Positions 37,739 through 53,948 of a stretch of DNA of 64,000 nucleotides are shown here, in pieces. Each line of letters starts with the position of its first letter. Position 1 is the first letter of the stretch. The translations under genes were made by a program, and so were the position numbers. The notes beneath the pieces are model-generated. The model was given only the letters and a program-made list of their open reading frames with translations. It did not search any database and had not been told where the DNA came from. The stretch comes from Octopus sinensis (taxonomy: Eukaryota), in NCBI RefSeq assembly GCF_006345805.1, contig NC_043000.1:9238001-9302000 (forward strand), in the 5' to 3' direction.

Positions 37739-39244
37739 TCATATGTATGCACACACGTTAATATCGAGCAGTGAGAATGAGAGCTCAACACAGTATTGCT
37801 AAAGTGTGTGTGTGTTATGATTAAAAATTCGTGAATAGGAGATAATGTTGCTTCGTATATATATAACGAAATCTTTCTTGGATGTTCAGGTAAAGAGAAG
37901 TCATCGCTCTTTTAGTCGAATATTTATATTTTAATTAATTTTTTTTTATTACAAGCCGTACATAATCAAAAACGTCATCTTGAATTTTACTTTCTACCTT
38001 ATGATTTCAAATTTGTGAGTATAATTTACGGTTGTTTGGTAAACGTAATTATATCTTTCTTTGATCGTCAAGTAAATACGTAGAAGTTTTTTTTTTCTGA
38101 AATTAATATCTCTTTTATTCTATATCATAGAAGAAGTAAATTATTTTTCTCTCCCCATCTGTCACAAACCTTACCTCACTGACTCTGATTACCTGCATGG
38201 GAGTTTTAGATGAAAATTTGCAGTGATTAACTCGAGAAAGGAAAGTCATGCCAAGACTACGACAGAGAGAAGTGCAGAGAAAAGAAATACGCTATTAAGA
38301 GTTATCAACTATGCAAGAAGGGAACTGTAAGTAAAATAGACGTACTGTTATCCCGAGGAAATTATATATCAAGAAGTCAAAACCAAATGAGAATTATAAC
38401 GAAAAAAAAATTGTTGTAAAACAGGAAAGAAGAGATGAAACAGAAGCAAGGATATAGGAGAAAGAATACATATAATAGTAGAAGAAATAAAACCCCAGAA
38501 GAAAAAAGGCTGAGAACAGAGAGAAGACAAATAGCTAAAGTGAAAGCAAGCATAAAGAAAGAAGATCAATTTCTGGAGAGAGGTCTATGGTTCTCATTGT
38601 CCGAAATGTTGAAGAAAATAGTATCAACACAAAGCAAATAAATGTAGATATTATCAATAATACAAGAAATTCAAGCGTTCAAATTATTACAGTCGATGAC
38701 AATAGATTTTTTCAGAAGAAATTTACATGGAAGTCCATGAATATTGTTTGTCAATTTTGTGATGTAAAATATTTCTTAGCAAAGCGTCCTTCAGAGGATA
38801 AATTCAATAATTGCTGTTACAAAGGTAAAATCATATTGCTTTTCCAAAGAGAAATACTGTGATATAATGAACCATTTATGGAATCTCAATTACAATCGCT
38901 ACAAATACTATATTGGATTTTATAACTCAACAGACTAGAGGCCATATTGTTTTCCTGTTTGTAGCCAAATATATCTCCGCCTGAGCAATATGTATCCTAG
39001 TGACGAAGGTCGACTTTTTGCCAACTTTGCATGCTTGATTTTAAAATGGCCACAATCCAAGATGCAATCCTCAGATTATGGTTACTTTAGATAAAATTAT
39101 CAGAGCAAATAATATTTATACCTTTGCATATAAAATGTTAGAAGGTGTTGAAAGCATCAGAATATATTTCAACATTAACAGCCAGAATGGGATTCAAGAG
39201 ACGAATAAACAGTGACCGATAATGTTAATACTTGCCATCTCTTT

Positions 39245-39452
39245 TCTCTTTTACTTGCTTCAGTCATTTGACTGCGGCCATGCTGGAGCACCGCATTTAG
39301 TCGAGCAAATCACCCCCAGAGCTTATTCTTTGTAAGCCTAGTATTTATTCTATCGGTCTCTCTTGCTGCATCGGTTGTCAAGCGATGTTGTGGGGACAAA
39401 TACAGACACACAAACACACACACACATACATACATACATACATATATATATA

Positions 39453-39497
<45 letters not shown>

Positions 39498-39663
39498 TAT
39501 ATATACATATACAAGAGGCTTCTTCCAGTTTCCGTCTACCAAATCCACTCACAAGCCTTTGGTCGACCCGAGGCTATAGTAGAAGAGGTGCCATGCAGTG
39601 GAACTGAACCCGGGACCATCTGGTTGGTAAGCAAGCTACTTACCACACAGCCACTCCTGCGCC
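39245..39663 (-). mobile_element. SINE family A, full length
   Basis: Head GGCGCAGGAGTGGCTGTGTGGTAAG; body and tail as in other copies. Confidence 0.88.
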
Positions 39664-39671
39664 TATAAAAA

Positions 39672-39770
39672 ATAAAGAACGCTTCACGAATTTGCATGTC
39701 ATCCTTGCGCAGGGGCCATGCTAATCTCTGTATCGTTCCAATCTTTGAATATGTACCACCGGTAATGATG
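39672..39770 (-). ncRNA. U6: U6 snRNA-derived copy (probable pseudogene)
   Basis: ATTGGAACGATACAGAG(-3 nt)ATTAGCATGGCCCCTGCGCAAGGATGACATGCAAATTCGTGAAGCGTTC then a T-run; 5' stem degenerate. Confidence 0.9.
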
Positions 39771-41652
39771 CTTATAATATTGATAGTAACCCCTTCTTAA
39801 ATGATATAAAGAGACTCCCCTCACCAATATGAACATTTTGGACCCTAATCTCGTCTTACACATTATTCTATGACAGCTAGAATTGAACACTAATCCTTAA
39901 CTATATAATAGATGTACAGATATTTGTATGAGGCAATACAATGTTGCACAAGCAGCAGTAAAATCAATCAGCCTAAATTTTTATTGTAGAAAATTATTTT
40001 AGTAATGATTGTTTTTACTCTCAAGTGAAGGCAAATGATTTGAACCATAGGAGGTATCAACAAGGACATCGCAGAGTTGAACAGCATCAAACATTTACTG
40101 ATAATCTAACTACTGCTGCCGGTGATGCAGAAATTTTTTCTGCAATTCTCTTTCTGGCCAATTTATATTGAGCTTAGAGTTGAACATTATCAAAGATTTA
40201 TTAGTCATCTTACATAGGCTACACAGTTATTGTAGCATCATCGTTTCGAAGTTCTCCAAGGAATATGAGAGAGAGCTATCATAGTGATATGGCTACGGTG
40301 AGAAAATTTGGGAAGCTAGGTTTATTTAACACTATGAAATACAATCCTTCTTGAGATGAAATTAGTGATGATCTTTTTTCTGGACAACACCCTTCAGACG
40401 GATCAGTTATTGTGGTTAGAGGGTTTATTATAAAATCGACAGTCAAAACAGCACCTGTTCCTCATAACAAATGAAAGAGTCGGTAAAACGTCGGATCGAT
40501 TCAGATTGGTTCTCTGCGCAATGAGTTCAAATTTCGTCGAGACCAACTTTGCCTTTCATCATTTCGGAATTAATAAATAAAGAACTAGTCTTGTACTGGG
40601 GTCAATGTTTCTCTGTCTTTCGCTGTTTCCATTTTCTGGAAGAAATCAACTGTGATAGGTTCCACCATGTCTAAAAATGTCAAGGACACGTTGCATGTCA
40701 CGACGGCATCCTATACGATTCCGACAAAAAGTTTGATAGCGCAGTTTAGAAAATAATATGGTAGAACATGTTGAAACACATGGCTGTTAAATTGAATTCT
40801 AGAAATTGGTAAAACCTGATGTTCATATACTGATGAACAAGAGACAAAGATGACAAAGATAAAATTAATGACCTGGCAAAAATAGAGGTAGTATATCCAG
40901 AAATACCAATTCTGTATACTGAAATAATACTTCATCTTGACACACTGTAAAAAAAGACCTTTTTGTTAAACCAGGGAATACTTTCAACGACCCCAATCTG
41001 AGAACAGCTCGATTAGCTTTGGCTGGTTATTGCCACCCTATTAACTCTTCCTATTCCTGTTCATTCCAGTGCAAGAATTAGCAGCATGGAACTTCTTATG
41101 AACAGTTTTATGTCTAACAGTCGTTGATTTTATTCATTTTCAAATCAATACATTCGCTGGCAGCACGTATAAAATGAAAAGACTTAAGTATGTTAAGATA
41201 GTGTATGCGTTTCTGAGTGAATAAATTGTTGTCATTTAATGGATGTACATTTATTCTTCTCGTGAATTTAAGGGGATGGGGCCGTGGTTAGCATGACTAT
41301 TTCGTACTGCAGCGAGGGTTGTGTAGATTAATCACAAGATTTATTAATATAACGTTGTTGCACGTATGTTCATCAAAGGCTCGAATGTCAAACTCATTTA
41401 TTATTACACACACACGCGCGCGCGCATACAAGGCACATGCATCTACTATTTCGGTACCGTAGTTATTTTATATGCCTTGCAAACGAGTCCTCTGATATGC
41501 AAAGAAGTCAAAAACAGCACCTATTCTTCATAGCGTTCTTTTATGAATAGCTCTAAGATGCTTCATCTCACTGTAGCACAAACAGTAGCATTTACTCTGG
41601 ATATGACGGCAAATCTCAGAGGAAACTTGTGGAGATGTTCTCGAGTTCGGCT

Positions 41653-41694
<42 letters not shown>

Positions 41695-42045
41695 GAATAT
41701 GGAGAAAGTGAGGGAAAGATAGAAATACATACATACAAGCATACATACATAAATACATACATATAGACATTCAGACAGACAGATAAAAGAAGACAGAACG
41801 AGAGAACAAGTGAAAGAGAGGCAATGAAAGGAAAGGAAAGTGAGGGAGAGGGAGAGAGAAGAACTTCGTTTTATTAACACAGTCAATTTATACAAGGAAG
41901 CTAAACGCATCTTTAACAAATACAGACATGTTTTACGGTAAACACACACATATACATACACTCACACACATACACATGCACGCACAGATACATAGATAAA
42001 TACATATCTATATCCATTTATGTATATGTGTGTATATATATATAT

Positions 42046-42086
<41 letters not shown>

Positions 42087-42518
42087 ATTAAGGACAACTA
42101 CTTAATAAGGAAAACTTAACAAGAAATTGTCAGGTAGATAGCGTAAAAACCTCATAAGAGAAAAAATTTCGAAAATAATTATTTCTTATTGAACATATTA
42201 ATTTATATAAGTATGAAATATTAATTTACGTAAGTATGAAATCACTGTGATACAGGCCTATATTTTTAAATGTCTTACTTTGAAGAGTTGCATTCGGTGG
42301 GATTAGTAATATTTTTGGTAGAAATGACTGATTGTCCCTCTTAGCGTTTGGCATGTATATATAATGCCTCCTGGCATGTATGTATAATTATGCCCTCTAT
42401 ATATAAATATATATATATATGTATATATATGTAAATGCATGCATACATAATGAAAAGAAAAATTCCGTGCAACTTGTAATTACAAGTAAGCATTTATTTA
42501 ATCATGAATAAATGAAAG

Positions 42519-42561
<43 letters not shown>

Positions 42562-43605
42562 AGTTATATCCTAAAATTTGCAATTCAGGCGAGGTAAATC
42601 TGTCATAGATTTCAAGTATGAAGTTCGCTGCCAAATGAAGCACCGAGACAGCGATTTCGCATTGCTTTGGGCATGGCATATTTGATTAAACTATACAATT
42701 CAATAATCTGATAAGCTTCACTTTCAATTCACAGCATAACTAATTTGGTTGTGCGTAGAGTTATGAAGACCCAGACACACATGAACATGTACTCATAAAA
42801 ACATACACACGCACACAAACATACATTTTATACACACATACGCACACACACACACACACACGTAAAATGCACACGAACACACCAAGAGAATAAGAATCAA
42901 AGAGAGAGAAAAAACAGAGGCAGGTGGAGACTGAAAGTGCCTGCGTGTCTCTATGAATACTTACACACACATACATATGAACATATATATATATGTATGT
43001 ATATATATATGTGTATATATATATTCATTATATATATACATATATATATATACGCAAATATATATATTCATAAAGATATATATACACATATATATACATA
43101 AATATATATATATATGCATATATATATTTACATATATATATATATAATATATATATATATATGTGTGTGTGTTGTGTGTGTGTGTGTGTGTGTGTACATG
43201 CATATATAAATATACGTGTGCATCTGTGTGTATGCGGGTGTGTTTGTAAACAAGTATGTTATAATTTATGTATATGTATGTATATGAATTCACACATACA
43301 AATATATTTCTATATAATATATTTATATATGTGTATACACACACATGCACACGCACACACACAAACATACATTATCACAAAGACAATAAATGCAACACAC
43401 ACGCACACACACTCAAATATTTACGCAGTCATAAATTTGTTTCGATCAACATGAGTTCTTTAGACCTAATATGATTACTTCTGAATTGGTTGAAACCAAT
43501 TTATATTGATCGAAACGCATTTATAAACCTGTAAACTATTGTGTAAATAAATTAATGTATTTAACATCTCGAAATATATATATTATATATATATATATAT
43601 ATATA

Positions 43606-43793
<188 letters not shown>

Positions 43794-43869
43794 ATAACTA
43801 CTCAGCTTGTCAGAATATTACTTTTATTATTATTATTATCATTATCATTATTAATATCATTATTATCTA

Positions 43870-44095
43870 GGCGGCGAGCTGGCAGAATCGTTAGCACGCC
43901 GGGCGAAATATTTAGCAGTATTTTGTCTGCCGCTACGTTCTGCGTTCAAACTCCGCCGAGGCCGACTTTGCCTTTCATCCTTTCGGGGTCGATAAATTAA
44001 GTACCAGAAGCGTACTTAATTTTGGGTCGATGTAATCAACTGGCCTCCTCCCCAAAATTTCGGGCCTTGTGCCCATAGTAGATAGGATTATTATT
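43870..44095 (+). mobile_element. SINE family B
   Basis: Head GGCGGCGAGCTGGCAGAATCGTTAGC; (ATT)n tail. Confidence 0.88.
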
Positions 44096-44124
44096 ATTAT
44101 GATGATTATTAATATTATTATTAA

Positions 44125-45498
44125 AGCGGCTTTGATAGATCTTATTTTTCGTCCCACAGGGTGTCCAACAATCACCCACCTCACCAAGGAAGCTTGATGG
44201 GGTTACCAGTTTAGTCGTCGACGACCCAACCATGCGACAGGTTGTACCGGGTTACATGTTACTCGTAGCGCTCAAGAGCAACCTGACATAAGGAAACCTT
44301 TAAGTGTTTTACAGATCCACATATATGGCATCTTGGCTTTCTACCCTCCACGAACACTAACAGGTGGGTGCCATTCGAGAGATCGATTAGATCGGGCAGT
44401 TGGTCTATATGGTCTTGCTTGCATTGCAAGGTCTGTTCCATACCTATGCCTAACAAGTTTTGCTTAGGTAGTTTCTTGACCTCCAGTATTGTGAGTTCGT
44501 CTTCTTCTAAACCTGCGAAGACGGCCGCCACTAACCAGATAATGGGTATTTCTGGTGGCACATTCAGCACTCTAATCTTGGCAAGACGTTGGTCGTGATA
44601 GCTGGGGATTAAGAAAAAGTTGTCATTCTTCAAAGTGGTTGCGGAATTACATCTAGCTTCTTCTTCTGTCCCAAATCTCACCTCAATAGTTCCAAACTTC
44701 TTTCCTCGAGTGACGTGAGTTCTTTGTTCCCACAAGCGCCCAAGGCATTTTTGTACTTCGTGGGAACATTTTCCACCCGCCGAGACTTGACATCGTCTCA
44801 ATGGTATGTAACCGTGCATCTTGCGATATTTTCTATCACATCAAACGGAGTGTTTAGAGCTATCATTCTATCTCTTTTAACAATTTTTCTAGCGAATTTT
44901 AATTCTTCTTCATCTTTGTGGAAGCACTAAATATTTCTTGCCGTTGACGCAAAAGAAACGGAGGCGATATTTGCATTTTTATGTTTTATTTCTTTCGTAT
45001 TGTTGTTGTTGTTGCCGATGCTGTCACTACTGCAGTAACTGTTGTCACTGCTGCTGCTGCTGTTGTTCTCTTTGTCGACACTTGAAGTTTTGACGTTGCT
45101 CAGAGACAAAACATTTTTCGCTCCGGTGACGTCATTAAGTTTAGGACATTCGATATTAATGTTCTCATTTCTTTCCTTGTTCTCAAAATTTCTCAAGGAG
45201 CGTGTTCCTTTACGAACATTATGATGGCTTCTTTATCAGCCATCGATAAAAAGTTGCAGAAAATTGCGAAATATTTGTTTTTGCCGAAAGCAGTTAAAAT
45301 TTAAAAATTATTTATGCACACCCCCTGCAAAACAGTGGGTGTTTCTACACAAAAATACTATCTGCACAATCCAGACAATCTCCGAAATGTAATGGTAACA
45401 ATAAAAATGAAGACAAGGCCTTAGAAGGCCGAAAAGATTACAAATACTTTTTCACCTTACGAGGCACCAAATTTCCGTGACTTCATAGTATGGCGGCC
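44125..45498 (-). mobile_element. 5' part of a Tx1/L1-like element: 5' UTR + frameshifted ORF1 (RRM-like region + CCHC knuckle)
   Basis: FGTIEVRF, KIRVLNVPPEI, VEGRKPRCHICGSVKHLKVSLC; begins at the edge of the (TAA)n array; no ORF2 seen. Confidence 0.75.
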
Positions 45499-47255
<1,757 letters not shown>

Positions 47256-47277
47256 TCTTTATATATATACGGCAAGA

Positions 47278-47308
<31 letters not shown>

Positions 47309-48073
47309 ACGTGATTGTAGTTTATGCACATCCACAAATTAGCACGCATGTCGCTCAAATTTTAGGACATTCATCAACAGCTATCAGGGTTTTGTCAACT
47401 TATGTTTTCCCCGAGGCACCCGTGGATAGCGGTAAAATTCTATTTTCATTCATAGCCGTAAAAAATATCAGCCATAGCTTTTTGACGGCGTCTAACAAAT
47501 AAAATAAATAAGATAAAGAAAAGTGGAAGAAGGAGGCAGAGAGTTTCATGGGAAAGACAAAGTGAAAGAGAGAGAGAGAGGGAGAGAGAGAGAGTAAGTG
47601 ACGACGTTCATTAAAAATATCAGCCAAAGAAAAGTGGAAGAGAGTTTCACGGCGTCTAAACCGAAAAAAGGAAAGACAAAGTGAGAGATAGAGAGAGGGA
47701 GAGAGAGTAAGTGACGACGTTCATAAAAAATATATTGTCTTGTTTTTTCTTAAACACGAGATATAGTGTTCAAATTTAGGATGTTTTGAAAGACACTATA
47801 TTTTATAATCATAGTATATATACTTTCTCACTCAACAATTACAATATATTTATTTTAAATCATTTATTTATTTTAAATCGTTCATCTTTCTCACACCCCT
47901 CTCTCTCTCTCATACACATTACTTTGGGTGCGAAAGAATTTTGTTTCTATTTTACGCCGAGTAAAAAAGTGTTTTGTTGAGAGTCGATATTACTTAGTTT
48001 GGTTTGAAATAAAGAACTTGATTAGCTTAATAATCGTAACTTAATCCCGGGTAAGGCCGGGTTATACTGCTAG
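47256..48073 (+). mobile_element. Non-autonomous Helitron with internal duplication
   Basis: A|TCTTTATATATATACGG...CCCGGGTAAGGCCGGG-TTATACTG-CTAG|T; ~47495-47610 is rearranged and repeated at ~47620-47730. Confidence 0.85.
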
Positions 48074-48085
48074 TAATAATAATAA

Positions 48086-48280
48086 GGTGAGCTGGCTGAA
48101 TCGTTAGCACGCCGGGTAAAATGTTTTGTGGTGTTTCGTCTACCGCTACGTTTCGAGTTCAAATTCCATCTAGGTTGACTTTGCCTTTTATCCTTTCGGG
48201 GTCGATAAATTAAGTACGACTGTAACATTGGGATCGATGTAGTCGACTAGTCCTTTCACCCCTAATTTGATAAATGGGGA
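48086..48280 (+). mobile_element. SINE family B
   Basis: GGTGAGCTGGCTGAATCGTTAGCACGCCGGG head. Confidence 0.8.
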
Positions 48281-49534
48281 GAGTATGGACGATTCGGTGA
48301 CAACTATAGAGAGAAAGAGTAGAGCTGAAGAGTGGTAATTGTGAATGGTTAATGGGGCGTGAAGTGTGATACATATGAGTCGAGGGGATACGGAAGAGTA
48401 GGAGATGGCTGGCAGTGCTGATAAAGGTTGCGATGAAGAGCAGCAGAATAGTAATACAGATACAATAGACAGGAGAGAATTGAGAGATGATGTGTAAAAG
48501 ATAGAGGGTGAAAGATGTGATGCGTAGGAAGATAGGTTGCAAAGCTTGGAGGTATGGGGAGAAACAGGCGCAGTAGATGGGAGGAGTGAGTTACATGGTG
48601 GTGGAGAAAGAAAGATGATTCGGTGACCCAAGAGGAAATGCGAACAGTATAAAGAATGAAGATAGAAACATACACACGGACACATGCACATACACACACA
48701 CATATACATACTCACACACACACACAACCGTACATACACACGAACGTACGTACATACATATATATTGTTTATATATGTGTGTGTGTGTATAATACTACTG
48801 GCGGTGTTCCTGCATGGCCACAGCCTTTGGGCTGAAATATATGAAAGAATAAAAGAATACAATATAATTTTAAAAATATATATGCATATATAATACATAT
48901 AAGCATTCCTTCATTATTTTATGTTTTCCAGACTAAAGGCTGTAACCGTGCTCATGTATATAATATATAGGTATAATGTTGTGTTTATGTGTGTGTGTGT
49001 GTGTGTCTGTGTGTGTGTAACCGCGTGTCTGTGTGTGTCTGCGTCTGTGTGCATGTATGACTAAACATTTCCCCAGTTAAAATTGTTGCATAATTCCATT
49101 TTTTAGTTTAACATATTGTTTCCTTTATTTCCAAACTTTATTCTTTTAACTTTTACTGAGAGAAGAAGCACGTGATCGGAAAGTCGTGATGTCAAATTTA
49201 TATTCTATGCTTTTCGTAATACAATTTAACGTAACTGAATCTAAGAATTAGAACCGCCTTATAGACTCGACTGACAACCAATTTAAAAATACTACTAAAG
49301 CTCTCTCTGTGTTTCATTGTTAATCTTCTTGTTGGTTAAAATCCTAAGTTGGTTAAATCCCAAGCGTGCATAATTTAAAGTATTGCACCTATGAATGTTT
49401 TAGGCCAGTATATACAGAATTATATCTTTATTCAATATTTGTAGTTCCCTATGACAAAGGACGTTAATACAAGAGAGATAACCGTCCCGTGAAAGCAGGC
49501 ACGATGGGTTATTTGAATATGAAATTGAGAAATA

Positions 49535-49797
49535 TGAAGAAGAATAAGAAGAAGAAGAAAGAAAGAGGAGGAGGAGGAGGAGGAGAAAAAGAAGAAGAAG
49601 AGGAGGAGAAGGAGGAAAAGAAGAAGAAGAAGAGGAAGAGAAAGAAGAAGAAGAAGAAGAGGAAGAGAAAGAAGAAGAAGAAGAAGAGGAGGAAAAGAAG
49701 TAGAAGAAGAAGAAGAAGAAGAAGAAGAAGAAGAAGAAGAAGAAGAAGAAGAAGAAGAAGAAGAAGGAGGAGGAGGAGGAGGAGAAGAAGAAGAAGA
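49535..49797 (+). repeat. (GAA/GGA)n polypurine tract
   Basis: Direct reading. Confidence 0.95.
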
Positions 49798-50632
49798 TGC
49801 ATAGAGTTATGATATTTAATTGTTTTTTTAATCTATTTCAAAGTTGTTAAAACTTTTAGTTGGGGATAATTATATAACCCATACCATATTATTTAGATAT
49901 TTTAAGAAGTGAAATATTTCCTTGAAATTAAAGATGAAATTAATTACAAGCTAGAGGATTCATGGAATGCTTTTTTCTTTCAACATAGAACGTTAGTAGT
50001 TTAGGAATCAAGAGAAAGAGAGAACATTCTTAGTGTTTCCTACAGAATAATATCCAGAGGAATTCTTCCTCGAGGGAATATCTTTCAGTAGCCAATAATT
50101 TCAACGTCAACAAGAAATCATCTTACAAGCCGTTTTTCAAGATATTCTTTGAGGTGTAACAATTATTTCAGGCTGCTATTCTTTATAGTTAATCCTGTCT
50201 AAAAGGCAACAGTGTAACATATGAGAGAGGTTTTGTTGTTATATCAAAGAACCGCCGTTAAGGCAATCTCATTCACCCGTACTCACATGTTACGTTGTTT
50301 AGTCTAAGACCTGTGATAGAAATAGTTTCTAGGCATGGACACTTCATCTTGTTAGAAATAGGGTGTCTATGACTAATTCGCATCCATAGCCAAATTACCT
50401 CTCTTAGACACCCATTATATAAAAATAAAATAGCCAATACATCTCTAGGTTCGTGTCCGACGGGCAGTCTTTGATTTTCTAAAGAGTATTTACATGCCAA
50501 TATTTATACCTGGATCAGCTTCGAGTCTCATCCCACTAAAAAGGAACTGTTTCACGCTCCCTCGCAGTATGGATTGTTGTGACATCAAAAGTATCGGTAA
50601 TGCTTTACATACACACACACACACACACACAC

Positions 50633-50677
<45 letters not shown>

Positions 50678-50752
50678 GTATGTATATATATATATATACA
50701 TAAAATATAATATAAATAATATATATATATGCATATATATGTACATACATAT

Positions 50753-52213
50753 ATAAACTTAGATAAACTTAGATATGTTTCGACCAAAGATTGGTCCAGG
50801 CCATGTCTAACTTAATAGCACCACCTGATAGAATTATTTGAATCCTGCTTAAGTCAAGTTTTGTTTATGGTTCATTCAAGTAGTGAGTTTTTGTTGGGTG
50901 AGTTGTATCCAATTATGGGTGGCTTATCTAGTATTCCTTGAAGGAATCTATCCAGACTCCGTTTAAAGTTGTTGGGATCCTTTTCCTCTTTGATCTCTTT
51001 CGGGACAATGTTAAATAGGGCAGGGCCTGTTGAGGAAAAGAAATTATGTTGCAGTGTACATGTATGTTGTGATCTTGAATTGGGCAGGGGACGTATAGCC
51101 CGTGGTTCAAGTCTTGGATGAACCTTGAGGCTAATGTTTAGGTCGTTTGGGCAAAGTTGGCGGTATATTCTCCACATCGTACAAATGATGTACCGCTCAC
51201 GGCGACGCTGGAGGGAGTAAAGTTTCAAGGCTTTAAGGCGATCCCAATAATCGAGAGCAGCCATGCCTTCAATCGTTTAGTGAGTACCCTCTGGGGTGAC
51301 TCAATTCTGGAGATGTTTTGTCTTGTGTGAGGAGACCACAGTGGGCAGCAGTATTCAAGGTGTGGCCGTACAAAGGAGGTAAAAAGTGGTATGATGACAC
51401 CTTGTTCTCTGGACCGGAAAGCTCCTAAGATCCAGGAACTCATCCTACGAGCTATATCGACCTTCTTGTTGATGTGTGCACTCCAACTGAGATCGTCATC
51501 AACAATTACACCCAGGTCTCTGATATTGTTAGAGGCTGTGAGCGGTTCCCCTGAAGGAAGAGAGTATGGTTGTTTTAGTGAGAAATTTCTTCCAAAATGC
51601 ATCAGCTCAAATTTTCCCTCATTCAGTTGCATTTTGTTTCTGTCTGCCCATTGACTCACAGCATATAGATCAGACTGGAGTTGAGTTCGGTCTGCTTCTT
51701 CATTGACGATTTGCTGAAGCTTAGTGTTATCAGCAATTATTTTCACTTTGCAGTAATGTACGACACTGGAAAGGTCGTTTATGTAAATTATGAAGAGTAG
51801 CGGACCCAAAACAGTTCCCTGGGGAACACCGCTGGTGACTTTTGCTGGGCTTGAGTGGACTCCATCAACTACAACATGTTGTGTTCTATTCGCCAGGAAA
51901 TACTTAATCCAGTGTAGAACTTTTCCACGGATTCCAACATTTGCCAATTTTGAGAGTAGGATATTATGGTCTACCCTGTCGAACGCTTTACTGAAGTCAA
52001 GATATATGACGTCAGAGTTCGAACTGTTCCCAAGGCTTTGAGTACATCTTCAATGTGGTGTAAGAGCTGTGTTAGACAGTCCCTGCCACAGCGAAAGCCA
52101 TGCTGATTTGCATTTAGGAGTTTGTGGGTCTCCAGGAAGTCAGCTATCCTTGATCTTAACACTCTTTCAAACACTTTAATGATGTGGGAGGTGAGTGAGA
52201 TTGGGCGACAGTT
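50753..52213 (-). mobile_element. 5'-truncated CR1-group LINE, close relative of 35520-36985
   Basis: Near-identical sequence and the same tail; catalytic motif reads IADN. Confidence 0.93.
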
Positions 52214-52254
52214 GATAGTTGATACATACATACATACATACATACATACATACA

Positions 52255-52290
<36 letters not shown>

Positions 52291-52408
52291 TAGAATTAAA
52301 ATCAAAATGAGGGTTAAAAAATTGGATATAAATTTAATTACATCAATTTAACACCAGTGGTTTAGCGCATAAAAAACTGAGATTCAGTAAATATTATTAA
52401 TACACATA

Positions 52409-52602
52409 TATGAGAGAGAATCCACTATGTGGACGCTCTTACGCTAAAGATAGATCCGCAAGGGTCTCAACCACTGAGAATTGTTCTCAAGAAAGATTTA
52501 GCACACTATGAACGTAAGCGAGCAGGACAAATAGTGTGCTAAATCTTTCTTGCGGATCTATCTTTAGCGTAAGAACGTCCACATAGTGGATTCTCTCTCA
52601 TA
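52409..52602. repeat. Fold-back palindrome, same family as 13850-14137
   Basis: TATGAGAGAGAATCCACTATGTGGAC... and reverse complement; one arm lacks ~26 nt. Confidence 0.88.
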
Positions 52603-52631
52603 ATTTGTGTGTGTATGTATATGATATATAT

Positions 52632-52717
<86 letters not shown>

Positions 52718-52800
52718 GAAAAATACTAACTGGGACATATAATAATTTTCTACATATAATATATATAGCGGCGTCCGTACCCTCGTTGGCACTTATGTAA

Positions 52801-52848
<48 letters not shown>

Positions 52849-53512
52849 ATATATATATTCTTTAAATTACTTCATTAAACGCCACGCATCCATTTCCAAC
52901 AATTGCAGAACTGAGTGTTAACCGTGGGAGACTTGCTTGCTATTTCTAGCACATCAATTGTCTACGCACATCCTTACTCATTGGTTCAGTATTATTTTGT
53001 TACATGATAGGAAACTGTTTTCCAAAATGAAAATCAAAATGAGCTAATGAATAATTTAGTTATTTTTTGCAGCCAAAAATTAGACAGATCGATATCAAAT
53101 TAGTTGGAAAAATTTGAAAAAAGAAAAGAAAAGAAATAAAAAAAACAGCATTATTGCTACCTTTCCGACAATATCTTTGCCAACTCTGTCTATCTGTTTC
53201 TCTGCTTCTTCTTTCTCTCTTTTTCTCTGTTGTCTCTCTTTCTATCTCTCTCCTTATATATATATATATATATATATTTATATACACATACCACAATGTA
53301 TATAACACACACATACATATATATTATATATATATATATATATATGTAATATATATATATATAATAATATATATATATATTTCTTTAAGTATTAGAAATA
53401 GTTTTAGAAAAGGTTTTTTTTTTTTGGCTGCTATTTCTAATGTTGTTCAGTATGCGGCAAAGTAATTTATTTTACTAAGCCCTTTTATATAATGATATAT
53501 ATATATATATAT

Positions 53513-53552
<40 letters not shown>

Positions 53553-53899
53553 ATAAATGTATATGCACACACAGACACACCTCTATATATAACATATATA
53601 ATACACGTGTATATATGTACACATATATATATAAACATAAACGCATGGGATTGTATATGTGTGTGTTTTTGAGAGAGAGAGAGAGAGAGAGAGAGAGGGG
53701 GAGAGGGAGAGGATAAGAGAGAGAGAGAGAGAGGAAGGGAGGGAGGGAGAGAGGGAGAGAGCGGAATAGAGTGTTCACAAGCGAGTGGTAGACACGTAAG
53801 AATTTTTTAAAGTTTGCCAATAAATTTTATATTGATCTCTGAAATTCTTGATTCCATATGTGTGCGGGTGCGTGTGTATATGTATGTTTGTGTGTGTTT

Positions 53900-53914
53900 C
53901 AACATGTCTATATG

Positions 53915-53948
<34 letters not shown>

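Larger units (their letters stand above)
38248..40930 (+). pseudogene. Decayed autonomous Helitron RepHel (N-terminal zinc motif, Helitron_like_N, Rep motif 2)
   Basis: MNIVCQFC..F..NCCYKGK; YCF..QIY; SSFRSSPRNMRESY..MATVRKFGKLGLFNTMKYNP; IEF*KLVKPDVHIL, matching IEFQKRGLPHAHIL. Confidence 0.85.

Noticed and set aside
43438-43520. TTTCGATCAA..TTGATCGAAACG hairpin
   Set aside because: No complete CUGANGA core in register.
52711-52753. Small inverted ATATGTAGAAAA(A)T pair resembling the cleavage-site sequence at 612-624
   Set aside because: Short and AT-rich; chance cannot be excluded.
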